Assembly (NCBI GenBank): GCA_964347095.1
Contig: CAYFXD010000144.1
Coordinates: 1 to 50,725, forward strand
Source: an uncultured Actinomycetota bacterium
Lineage (GTDB): Bacteria > Actinomycetota > Aquicultoria > Subteraquimicrobiales > CAYFXD01
Direction: 5' to 3'
Length of the DNA stretch: 50,725 nt
Made by a program: the position numbers and the translations under genes
The notes under the pieces: model-generated
The model's database searches: none
Seen by the model: only the letters and a program-made list of their open reading frames with translations
Told to the model about the DNA's origin: nothing
Shown: positions 18,063-26,401 of the stretch, one piece after another
Position numbering within the stretch: the stretch's first letter is position 1
How the letters are laid out: the number at the start of each line of letters is the position of its first letter

Positions 18063-18915
18063 ACCTGAGCCAGGATCCTCGGTGAACCAAAGATATGAAG
18101 AATTAAGCCAAAACGAGATCAGCGCATTTCGGGCGACTGTCTATGCGTACTACGAGGATCATGGTCGTGCGTTCCCCTGGCGACAGACTGCTGATCCATA
18201 TCAGATTCTCGTCTCTGAAGTGATGCTTCAGCAGACTCAGGCAGATCGGGCCATAAACAAGTACGGAGAATTCTTGGAGGCTTTTCCCGATTTCTGCAGC
18301 CTGGCTGCTGCGCACTTGAGCGAAGTGCTGCGGATGTGGCAGGGTCTTGGATATAATCGCAGAGCCCTGGCACTTAAGAAGACAGCCGAGATTGTGATGA
18401 ACGAGTATTCCGGCTTATTGCCCTCGGACGACGAAAGCCTGAGACGCTTGCCTGGGATCGGACAGGCAACGGCAGGAGCAGTTCGCGCGTTTGCGTTCGG
18501 GGAATCAGCTGTCTTTTTGGAGACAAATATTCGAGCAGTATTTATCCATTACTTTTTCGGCGACCACCAGCATATACGCGATCGCGATCTGCTGGACCTG
18601 GTTAAACAGACTCTTGATGTGGCCAATCCGAGAGACTGGTATTATGCTCTGATGGATTATGGTGTTTTGCTGAAGAGACAGCACGTCAATCCAGGCAGAA
18701 GAAGCGCTCACTACCGAAAGCAAAGCCGCTTTTCCGGTTCAAATCGGGAGCTCCGAGGAAAGATAATTAGAGCTCTCATCCAACATGAGCACGCCTCTGC
18801 TGCGCAGTTGGCCAAAGAAGCAAGTGCATCCACGAATGATGTCAAGAAAGCACTGGACGAGCTTCAGAAGCACAGCCTGATCAAGGAGGCAAAGGGCACA
18901 TACTGGATTGAGTGA
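18037..18915 (+). CDS. HhH-GPD DNA glycosylase, MutY-like N-terminal half, no Fe-S cysteines, with a C-terminal winged-helix-like tail
   Basis: FPWRQTADPYQILVSEVMLQQTQADRAINKYGEFLEAFPD, WQGLGYNRRALALKKTAE, LPGIGQATAGAVRAFAF. The whole C-terminal half contains no Cys. The start is uncertain (18013/18037) and overlaps the aroK 3' end. Confidence 0.75.
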   Translation: MKKEWSAVRPEPGSSVNQRYEELSQNEISAFRATVYAYYEDHGRAFPWRQTADPYQILVSEVMLQQTQADRAINKYGEFLEAFPDFCSLAAAHLSEVLRMWQGLGYNRRALALKKTAEIVMNEYSGLLPSDDESLRRLPGIGQATAGAVRAFAFGESAVFLETNIRAVFIHYFFGDHQHIRDRDLLDLVKQTLDVANPRDWYYALMDYGVLLKRQHVNPGRRSAHYRKQSRFSGSNRELRGKIIRALIQHEHASAAQLAKEASASTNDVKKALDELQKHSLIKEAKGTYWIE

Positions 18916-18962
18916 GGTCTAATCAGACGGAATCAGAATGGACAGTTCGCAATAGATGCATA

Positions 18963-19679
18963 TCAAGACACAGACTGGCTTCCGTCTGAGAACTTGGCTT
19001 CTACGTGGGTGCCGTCACAGAACGGTTTATTCTTTGATTTACCGCAGCGGCAAAGCGTGACATGTGTCCGGACTTCGTAGAGATCTCTATCGGCAGATTC
19101 AATGGGAATGCCGCCGCGCACCCAAATCGGACCGCTCACGCCAGCCTGGGGGTCTTGAACCAGCCAAACGGAAGGCTCACATTCCGGTTCGATCGTCTCT
19201 CCATTCTTGCGCCACACAATTAGGCGACCTGATGGGCAATCTGCAGCCTGCTCAATGGCGGTTCTTCGACGGTCTTCAACATCGGATTCCTCAACGAGCT
19301 TCCAAATCCCACCCGAGCGGTGACAAAACCGAGCGCTCGCACACAGATTTTCCGCATCGGTCAGATCCAAAGCCCGCCCTGCATATTTCTCTGCCTGTTT
19401 CATGTAAGGCTGCTTGGTGGCCGTTTCCATGCCGTCGAATCCTATGTTAAGATGAGTCCCATCGCAAAATGGTGGATTCCTGGACTGTCCACAACGGCAC
19501 AGGGCATATTTTTGGCTCAATGGAAATCCAAGACCAAGGCGCCATCCGTGAGTTTCTCCCTCCTCGTCGACACAGATTATCTGTTCAGCAAGGCGTATCC
19601 CGCCGGACATGATATAAGGACCGTCCCTGGTTACTTTTATTTTGAACTGCGGCCATGGGATCTCATTGCTGTTTTCCAT
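18963..19679 (-). CDS. CDGSH iron-sulfur domain protein with a central divergent 4Fe-4S mono-cluster-like segment
   Basis: Two CDGSH motifs, CRCGQSRNPPFCDGTH and CRCGKSKNKPFCDGTH. The middle carries CASARFCHRSGG...CPSGRL. AAGAGG lies 5 nt upstream of ATG 19679; the ORF is open to 19715. Confidence 0.85.
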   Translation of the reverse strand: MENSNEIPWPQFKIKVTRDGPYIMSGGIRLAEQIICVDEEGETHGWRLGLGFPLSQKYALCRCGQSRNPPFCDGTHLNIGFDGMETATKQPYMKQAEKYAGRALDLTDAENLCASARFCHRSGGIWKLVEESDVEDRRRTAIEQAADCPSGRLIVWRKNGETIEPECEPSVWLVQDPQAGVSGPIWVRGGIPIESADRDLYEVRTHVTLCRCGKSKNKPFCDGTHVEAKFSDGSQSVS

Positions 19680-20011
19680 ATTTTCCTCTTTCGCGCCTCT
19701 CTCCTCTGATGTCATGATCGGATTGACTTACATTGTGAGAGCCCCAGCTCAAGCCGCCTGGCTCTTTTTTCAATCCATAAGTTTGCGCCGTCTTATCTCC
19801 ACCATGCGTTCTCAATTCTCGCGTCTTCGCTTGAAGATATTATCAAATACTGGTGGGCGTGCAAACTGGTAAAAACCCTTGAACTATTGATATCCTTTGA
19901 TGGATTCTTTCAAGTTCTTGCCTCCGCATGGCTAGCTTTGTTAGTGTTGCTTTGTCAAGGTTTTCGAATGACGTGGGAGATGATGATGTGCGATCGAGTA
20001 ACAGAAGAAGA

Positions 20012-20743
20012 ATGTGTTCGGTACAGGTGATGTTTCTTTTGGGGTTTCTGTCGGTTTTTGGTTCGGCTGATCTTGGCTACGCCCATCAACCGCGGATTAC
20101 AGCCAAGTCCCTGACCAAGGTTGAAAATCCAGAGGTAAGCCAAGCCTTCTACGGTGAGCTGAAAGGACAGCCGCATTATTATCGGATAGAATCGGCGAAG
20201 CCCTTTCGACTGTATGTAGGAATTCTCGTGCCTGACATAAAGGGAATCAAGAAGAATGTGTCTGCGCAGGTCAGCAAAGGGCGTGGGCACAAGGCAGATA
20301 GTCCGGAGCATGAAGATGAAGAGGAGCGTCCCTTTTTCGTGCTGGATGGCCTGGAGCACAACTGGACGAGGTATTATGAGGAGTTTGCGGGCGACAATTA
20401 CTACTTCGGGCCTGAACTTAAAGCCAAGTCAACCGAGGGAGACAGGGTTCCCAGGGGTATTCGGGTCGACGAAGGTACCTACACCATCAAGGTTTTCAAT
20501 CCCGCCAACAAGGGGAAATATGTCCTAGTCGTAGGCGATCAAGAGCAATTTCCCTTGAGCGAGATCATGAGAACCGTCATCACCCTGCCGTGGCTCAAAT
20601 CAGAATTTTTCGGCAAATCCCCGTTCACGGCTTTCCTTAACCTTACCGGACTGTTCCTGCTTGGCTTTCTGATAATTGTCGCCGTTTTGATTACCGCTGT
20701 CGTTTGGTTGATCAAAAGACTTATACGTAGAAGAGTGAGCTAG
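20012..20743 (+). CDS. exported, C-terminally membrane-anchored protein of unknown function
   Basis: Signal-peptide-like MCSVQVMFLLGFLSVFGSADLGYA, then HQPRI. A His/acid-rich insert GHKADSPEHEDEEERP. C-terminal TM helix LTGLFLLGFLIIVAVLITAVVWLI followed by KRLIRRR. The start is uncertain (19928/20012/20030). Confidence 0.55.
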   Translation: MCSVQVMFLLGFLSVFGSADLGYAHQPRITAKSLTKVENPEVSQAFYGELKGQPHYYRIESAKPFRLYVGILVPDIKGIKKNVSAQVSKGRGHKADSPEHEDEEERPFFVLDGLEHNWTRYYEEFAGDNYYFGPELKAKSTEGDRVPRGIRVDEGTYTIKVFNPANKGKYVLVVGDQEQFPLSEIMRTVITLPWLKSEFFGKSPFTAFLNLTGLFLLGFLIIVAVLITAVVWLIKRLIRRRVS

Positions 20744-20780
20744 CTTCACGCTGGGAATAGTGTCTGTGGTTGCTCTCAGT

Positions 20781-21293
20781 CTATTTGCGTCGGCGCTGAC
20801 ATAAATCCTTACTACATGCAATACGAAACCGACCAACTCTTTTGGCTTCGAGGTCGACATGAAAACTAGAGTTCCCGCTGGAAATAGAGCACAAGCGGCC
20901 GCCAACAGTTTCTCTCAGCTCGGCGACGCTTATCGAAGACTCGGGAGCACCAATAAACTGTCCGACTTTTTCCTTTGTAACCTCAGCCTCTTCAGCCGTC
21001 GGTTGTCTCTTGGCAGTCTTAAACCGGTTGGCCGAGTCAAGCCAGTCTTCCGCCCCCGAAGGATCTGGCGATCGTTTGAATACAGGGCATTTCAGATAGG
21101 AGTCAATTCCCAGGAAAAGCAAGAGAACCGGCATGGATATTAATAGGATTCGCTCAGGCCCCGACAGGCCTATATACGATTCTTTCAGCTTCTTGATCGT
21201 CCCCCTGCTTGCAGGCGCACTTGAGCTTGGTTCTATTATTAGTCTTAGCAGTCGGGTTTGTCCACTGCTTAGATGTACGATACTTAGGCTCAA
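20781..21293 (-). CDS. hypothetical protein with one TM helix
   Basis: The ORF is open for 170 codons. It has a hydrophobic segment ILLISMPVLLLFLGI. No convincing SD exists for any start and no family is recognised. Confidence 0.3.
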   Translation of the reverse strand: MSLSIVHLSSGQTRLLRLIIEPSSSAPASRGTIKKLKESYIGLSGPERILLISMPVLLLFLGIDSYLKCPVFKRSPDPSGAEDWLDSANRFKTAKRQPTAEEAEVTKEKVGQFIGAPESSISVAELRETVGGRLCSISSGNSSFHVDLEAKRVGRFRIACSKDLCQRRRK

Positions 21294-21411
21294 GAATTTG
21301 ATATGCGGGACCTATGATTGGCAGAAGACTATCATTTGAGTGCCTGCGCATAGCTTCCTTTGCAGATAAATCATGACTCTCGGGCACAGTACACCGAAGA
21401 TCTAATTGTAG

Positions 21412-21429
21412 AGCTGCAAGTTTGCAGCT
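21412..21429. promoter_or_regulatory. 18-bp near-perfect palindrome in a divergent intergenic region
   Basis: AGCTGCAA-gt-TTGCAGCT with 8-bp arms, between the minus-strand ORF 20781-21293 and the plus-strand zinc-ribbon gene. Confidence 0.3.
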
Positions 21430-21671
21430 ATCCTGCGTAAAGGCTGAAGGAGACTCTGTCACGTGCGTGAGTGACGGGTGCGGCAATTTTAAAGGAAATA
21501 ACTATGCTTTCTCGAAGATTCCTCATGAGAATTTTGAGATGATATGGTCTACTGCAACGATGGGCGCAAGTTCTGAGATCGGTGATTATATGCATAGCCA
21601 TGCTGCATAGACTCATCGAGTTTGCAACCGGCTAAAGTTCAGTGCAGCCGCAATGGCAGAGAAAGGAGCAA

Positions 21672-22175
21672 ATGATGAATTGTCCGGTGTGCTCTCAAGC
21701 AATGGTCGAGAAAGATTTCGGAGGAGTAAGGGTAGACGTGTGCCAGAATGGCTGCAAAGGGATTTGGTTTGATTGGATGGAGCTTCTCAAGCTGGACGAA
21801 AAAAATGAAGGGCTAGGCAATGCACTTGAGGAGGCTCTGAAATATCCTAGGACAAATGATGGGACAAGGGGGAGGGTCGGTTGCCCCAAGTGTGGCGTGC
21901 CGATGCACGCGCACATGTACCAGTCATCCAAACAGGTCAATGTAGACGAGTGCTACTCCTGCGGCGGTTTTTTCCTGGATTCTGGTGAGTTGAATGCTAT
22001 AAGAGGCGCTTATATGAGCGAGCAGGAAGAGGAAGAATACACGCAAAAGCTCTTGGACGAATTGCCTGATTTCCAACAAGCACAGGCAGAGCTGGCAAAG
22101 ACTCAACAGAGGGCGGACGCAATCCGCCGCTATACCAGATTCGTGAGGCTCAGCTATTATATGGGTGGCAAGTAG
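21672..22175 (+). CDS. double zinc-ribbon protein (zf-TFIIB-like repeats) with a C-terminal coiled-coil-like tail
   Basis: Two copies of CPxC...(V/E)C..(G)C followed by (W/F)FD..EL: CPVCSQAM..VDVCQNGCKGIWFDWMELLKLD and CPKCGVPM..VDECYSCGGFFLDSGELNAI. AAAGGAG lies 3-6 nt upstream of ATGATG. Confidence 0.7.
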   Translation: MMNCPVCSQAMVEKDFGGVRVDVCQNGCKGIWFDWMELLKLDEKNEGLGNALEEALKYPRTNDGTRGRVGCPKCGVPMHAHMYQSSKQVNVDECYSCGGFFLDSGELNAIRGAYMSEQEEEEYTQKLLDELPDFQQAQAELAKTQQRADAIRRYTRFVRLSYYMGGK

Positions 22176-23640
22176 GGTGAAATGGATCAATTGGACGCAT
22201 CAAAAAACCGGATTTCCCTCAACGGTTGCAATTACCATTATTGTCGCAATTTGGCTGGTTGGCTGTGGAATTCTAAATCCAGCCGGCAAAAACAAGGCAG
22301 ATAAAAAAGGAGCATCCAAAACCTCCCAAACCGAATCAGCAAAGCCTCTGAAGAGCATCTCTTATCCAGCCAATTTCACTTTTACTGAAGTCCCCAAACC
22401 TCTCTCCGGCGGCAACAAGAAATATGCTCTGACCGAAAGATCAGCTCCGGCTGTCGGCAAAACCTTTAGAGATGATCGGTTTCGAACCTATCTTACGCGC
22501 GTAACCCAGAAGGGTAAAATACGGCATGAGTATTCCCGCCATGATCCGTTCAACAGCGATCAGTCCATGATTATACTCCAAGATATTGCAGGCGGAGAAT
22601 ATAGGGTCTTTCAAACCGACAGCGTGCCATATGAACAGAGGACTAACCGGGTCAGAACACTTGGATTGGAAGAACCTCGCTGGGATCCCAGCGATCCGAA
22701 TCAAGTCTGGGGATCAACTGAGTTCTCTATAGTAGCGGCAAATGTGAGGACCGGCAAGACGAAGACGGTTAAAGACTTTAGCAAGGACAAACGTGTCGGA
22801 CCAATCATCAAGAAGGAGAAGGATCTCTATCGCATCACCATGCGGGATGAAGGTGAATCTTCGACCGATAAGCGGTTTTGGGCAGTAGCTTTGCAGGGAA
22901 GCAAGGATGACGACCGGCTTAGATATATAATCACCTGGGATCGCCGAGACGATGAGGTCCTGGGGGTATATGATATTCCAGAGAATGAATCTGAGATTGA
23001 CTGGGTGGGGATGTCTCCTGAGGGGACCTGGGTTTTGATTGGCGGGGATGCTGGGAATGGCAAGAACTTGGACGGGCTCGTCATGGCCAATCTGGAGCTT
23101 ACAGAATTTCATCAGCTGGATCATGGAACCGGCCATGCCGATGTGGGGCTGGACAGCGACGGAAATGAAGTCATAGTAATGCAGAATTCTCAAACCGACT
23201 ATATTGATCTGATCCCTATCGATATGAAGACCAAGCCGGTTTCCGAAAATAGACGTTATACTGGCACCAACAGGACTAGGCTTATGCGGCTGTATTATGA
23301 CTCGGAATCCAAGAATGGATTCAACAGTGGAGTTCATATTTCATGCAACGTTCCCGGCTACTGCGTCGTTTCGACTCATATCGAGCCCCATACTCCCGAG
23401 CAGAACTGGCTTGACCGGACAATTGTCCTTATTAAGCTGGACCGTCAAAATCCCCGAGTCTTCTACCTGGCCAAGATTTATAATACAACCCAAGAGTACT
23501 GGGAAGAAACCCATGCGACGATCACCAATGACGGCTCCAAATTAATCTGGGCATCAAACTGGGGACAGGATGTGGGGGCAGAGGACCTTTTCGTGATGCA
23601 GCTTGATATGCCAAGCAACTGGACCGATTTGACTGAGTAG
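22165..23640 (+). CDS. lipoprotein of unknown function, probably beta-propeller-like
   Basis: Lipobox IWLVGC. It is long, beta-rich and hydrophilic, with repeated D/G-rich turns (GMSPEGTWVLIGGDAGNG, GLDSDGNEVIVMQNS, ITNDGSKLIWASNWG). GTG start 22165 or 22177 overlaps or abuts the previous gene. Confidence 0.65.
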   Translation: MASRVKWINWTHQKTGFPSTVAITIIVAIWLVGCGILNPAGKNKADKKGASKTSQTESAKPLKSISYPANFTFTEVPKPLSGGNKKYALTERSAPAVGKTFRDDRFRTYLTRVTQKGKIRHEYSRHDPFNSDQSMIILQDIAGGEYRVFQTDSVPYEQRTNRVRTLGLEEPRWDPSDPNQVWGSTEFSIVAANVRTGKTKTVKDFSKDKRVGPIIKKEKDLYRITMRDEGESSTDKRFWAVALQGSKDDDRLRYIITWDRRDDEVLGVYDIPENESEIDWVGMSPEGTWVLIGGDAGNGKNLDGLVMANLELTEFHQLDHGTGHADVGLDSDGNEVIVMQNSQTDYIDLIPIDMKTKPVSENRRYTGTNRTRLMRLYYDSESKNGFNSGVHISCNVPGYCVVSTHIEPHTPEQNWLDRTIVLIKLDRQNPRVFYLAKIYNTTQEYWEETHATITNDGSKLIWASNWGQDVGAEDLFVMQLDMPSNWTDLTE

Positions 23641-23666
23641 TTATTTGAGGAGTTGAAGCAGCTGCA

Positions 23667-24176
23667 ATGAAGACCGCCATTATCCTAGCTATGCACGGTA
23701 TACCACCCAAAGATTTTCCCAAAAATGAGAGTGGGGAATTCTTTCGATTGGGCGCACAGATAGATCGCGCCCGGAGCGAAGAGAGAGCTGCTCTTATCAG
23801 GCGCCGTGATGAGCTGGATCGCAAGATGCGGAACTGGCCAAGAACCAAAGAGAATGATCCTTATCATGCCTGGTCGTTGCAACTAGCTGATTCTCTGAGC
23901 AAATTGACTGGTAAAAGGGCAATTGCCGGATTTAATGAGTTCTGCGCTCCGACAATCAAGGAGGCGGTTGCAGCGGCCGTAGAGGATAGAGCAGAACGGG
24001 TGGTTATTGTAACGCCAATGATGACAAGAGGCGGAGAACATTCGGAAAGGGAAATCCCCGCCGCGGTCGATGAAGCTAAGAAACAGTACCCAAATGTGTC
24101 TTTCTTGTATGCTTGGCCATTTGACCTGCATGAAGTAGCCGCTTTTCTGGCTAGTCATGTTGCGCATTTTGAGTGA
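23667..24176 (+). CDS. CbiX-type (class II) chelatase-like protein
   Basis: AIILAMHGIPP (catalytic His region), then VVIVTPMMTRGGEHSEREIP and NVSFLYAWPF. It is a short single-domain form with a ~40-aa insert. Confidence 0.65.
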   Translation: MKTAIILAMHGIPPKDFPKNESGEFFRLGAQIDRARSEERAALIRRRDELDRKMRNWPRTKENDPYHAWSLQLADSLSKLTGKRAIAGFNEFCAPTIKEAVAAAVEDRAERVVIVTPMMTRGGEHSEREIPAAVDEAKKQYPNVSFLYAWPFDLHEVAAFLASHVAHFE

Positions 24177-24255
24177 GAGAGTGATAGAGTGGAGAAATGA
24201 CTTAGCACCTCTGGGATTGAAAGATTAGGATTAGGATGCCCATATCGTCAGGAAT

Positions 24256-24419
24256 GGTTAGCGGTTGGCGGGTGTCGGTTCGCGCAAGATCAAAGCTAAA
24301 AACCAAACACCAGATCCAGAATGAGTCGGGACACCAAGACCCACCGAGCTTTGTGGTTTTGCACTGACCGCACACCGACAACCGAACACCGCTTGCCAAA
24401 CGGCACCGTAACCCTAACC
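24256..24419. other. long imperfect nested inverted repeat (rod-like hairpin, ~165 nt)
   Basis: A GT-rich left arm pairs with a CA-rich right arm in four nested segments: 24256-24266/24410-24419, 24271-24280/24380-24390, 24295-24307/24350-24362 and 24324-24328/24341-24348 (TCGGG with CCCaCCGA, one A bulged). It is intergenic, between the CbiX-like gene and ORF 24471. Confidence 0.4.
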
Positions 24420-24470
24420 GCAATCAGAGATTTTGCGTGGTGTGAATTGTGAAAGGTCAACGGTGGTAAA

Positions 24471-25211
24471 ATGAAACGTCTAAGTTGGCAAGTGCGTCTT
24501 GGGATGATTCTTGTTGCCCTGTCTGTTGTCTTGTATCTTGTCCACTTCGGGATCTTTCACGACCCGCATCATATCTTCATATATCTCTTGGGAGATCTTG
24601 CCTTTGTTCCAATTGAAGTCCTGCTGGTTACTTTAATCATTCATGAACTTCTAAGCCAAAGAGAAAAGCGGAGCCTGCTGGAGAAAATGAACATGATCAT
24701 TGGGGCGTTCTTTAGTGAAGTAGGCACTAATCTGCTGGCCTATTTTTCCGATTTTGATCCTCATCTTAATGACATTCGAGGGAAACTCATTGTAGAAGCG
24801 GACTGGACAGATAATGAGTTCAAGCTGGTGAGCAGGGAGCTTAAAAACTACGATTATGGGATAGAGATTGAACAATTTGATCTTGTGTATCTACGTGATT
24901 TCTTAATGGCCAAGAGGAATTTCCTGTTGCGTCTTTTGGAAAACCCAAACCTTCTGGAACATGAGAGCTTTACCGGACTTTTGAGGGCGGTTTTTCACCT
25001 GACGGAAGAACTCAAAAGCAGGGAGAATATCGAGAACCTGACCCCTAGCGACCAAGAACACCTAGCAGGTGATATTCACCGAATATACGTGCTGCTGGTG
25101 CACGAGTGGCTGGATTATATGGAATATTTGAGAAACAACTACCCGTATCTGTTTTCGCTCGCCATACGCACCAATCCTTTTGATTTGAATGCATCAGCCG
25201 AGGTTACTTAA
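24471..25211 (+). CDS. membrane protein (two N-terminal TM helices plus a ~170-aa cytoplasmic helical domain), function unknown
   Basis: TM helices LGMILVALSVVLYLVHFGIF and IFIYLLGDLAFVPIEVLLVTLII. The rest is hydrophilic and helical. No family recognised. Confidence 0.6.
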   Translation: MKRLSWQVRLGMILVALSVVLYLVHFGIFHDPHHIFIYLLGDLAFVPIEVLLVTLIIHELLSQREKRSLLEKMNMIIGAFFSEVGTNLLAYFSDFDPHLNDIRGKLIVEADWTDNEFKLVSRELKNYDYGIEIEQFDLVYLRDFLMAKRNFLLRLLENPNLLEHESFTGLLRAVFHLTEELKSRENIENLTPSDQEHLAGDIHRIYVLLVHEWLDYMEYLRNNYPYLFSLAIRTNPFDLNASAEVT

Positions 25212-25300
25212 TGAAGACAACAGATACGGGATCCTGGATCCTGCATGTTCTGAGAATCCCAGCTTGATCACTTTGGGTATTTACATGTGGAGTTGAGCTC

Positions 25301-26356
25301 ATGGAGTCCCGCAAAGAGGCAATCTGCGTCACTCTCATAATACTGGGTCTATTTGTATTTGCCAGCTGCACCCAGAAGGCTGCCAAGAATTCGCAGCAGG
25401 CAAAGAAGGAAGCAGCCAAAGGCAAGGAGCAGAGCAGGGGAGTGGACAGTTCGGCAGCGCCCGCCGATCTTCTGGAGAACACCCGTTTTTGGGCCTACCA
25501 GATCCAAAAGCAAGATCATGGCAACAACATGGATAAACTGGCTGATTCACATTATGACATGCTGGTCATAGATCAGACGCGCAGCTTAAAAGGAGACGAA
25601 GACTATGACAGCAAAAAGGATGTGTCTCTGCTTAAAAAGAGTGCAAACTCACGAGGTGGTAGAAAACTGGTTGTCTGCTACATTGACGTGGGTGAAGCTG
25701 AAAGCTACCGCTGGTATTGGCAGAAAGATTGGAAAGTGGGTAATCCAGATTGGATCGTGGCTGAGGATCCTGACGGCTGGGACGAAAACTACCCGGTGAA
25801 ATTCTGGCGTCACGAGTGGAAAGATATTATGAAGAAGTGCATTGATCGGATAATTTATGATGGCTACGATGGGATCTACCTGGATTGGCTAGAGGTATAC
25901 TCCTTTGAACAGGTGGCAGAGGCGGCCGAGGCGGAAGGTCTCAGTCCGATTGCCGAACTAACCAAATTTGTAGGGGAGCTCCGAGGGTATGCGCGAAAAA
26001 GGAATCCCTGCTTTCTCATTATCGCTCAGAATGCGGCCGAGCTCGGCACCTTTGCCGGCTACACCGAATTCTTTGATGCAATTGCTCAAGAAGCGATATG
26101 GTATGATGGGACTGGTGATCCTGATAGCAGTGAGCAGCCGGGCGATGAACCCTGGGATGCAGATGAATCCCAAGAGCTTCTGTATCAGCTCGAGGAATGG
26201 CAGGACTTGGACAAACCCGTGTTCAATGTGGAATATGCCCAAGAGCAGTCTAATGTGGACAGATCGTATAGATTGGGCCAGGACAATGGTCTGATAACCT
26301 ACGTAACACTTAGACCACTGGATAGATTGACTGCAACCCCTCCGCCAGGATACTGA
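25301..26356 (+). CDS. lipoprotein, GH114 / TM1410-like TIM-barrel putative glycoside hydrolase (endo-alpha-1,4-polygalactosaminidase-like)
   Basis: Lipobox VFASC. Motifs FWAYQIQ, YDMLVIDQ, VVCYIDVGEAESYRWYW, GWDENYPVKFW, GYDGIYLDWLEVY, FLIIAQNAAEL. Confidence 0.65.
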   Translation: MESRKEAICVTLIILGLFVFASCTQKAAKNSQQAKKEAAKGKEQSRGVDSSAAPADLLENTRFWAYQIQKQDHGNNMDKLADSHYDMLVIDQTRSLKGDEDYDSKKDVSLLKKSANSRGGRKLVVCYIDVGEAESYRWYWQKDWKVGNPDWIVAEDPDGWDENYPVKFWRHEWKDIMKKCIDRIIYDGYDGIYLDWLEVYSFEQVAEAAEAEGLSPIAELTKFVGELRGYARKRNPCFLIIAQNAAELGTFAGYTEFFDAIAQEAIWYDGTGDPDSSEQPGDEPWDADESQELLYQLEEWQDLDKPVFNVEYAQEQSNVDRSYRLGQDNGLITYVTLRPLDRLTATPPPGY

Positions 26357-26401
26357 CCAAGAGTCTGCCAAAATATCTGCAAGCTGTCGGCGAGAGCTGA
26401 G

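Noticed and set aside
19738-19770. A terminator-like hairpin (AGAGCC-16 nt-GGCTCT followed by TTTTT) on the plus strand.
   Set aside because: It lies in a divergent promoter region with no upstream plus-strand gene to terminate. The stem is only 6 bp with a 16-nt loop, so it is probably fortuitous.
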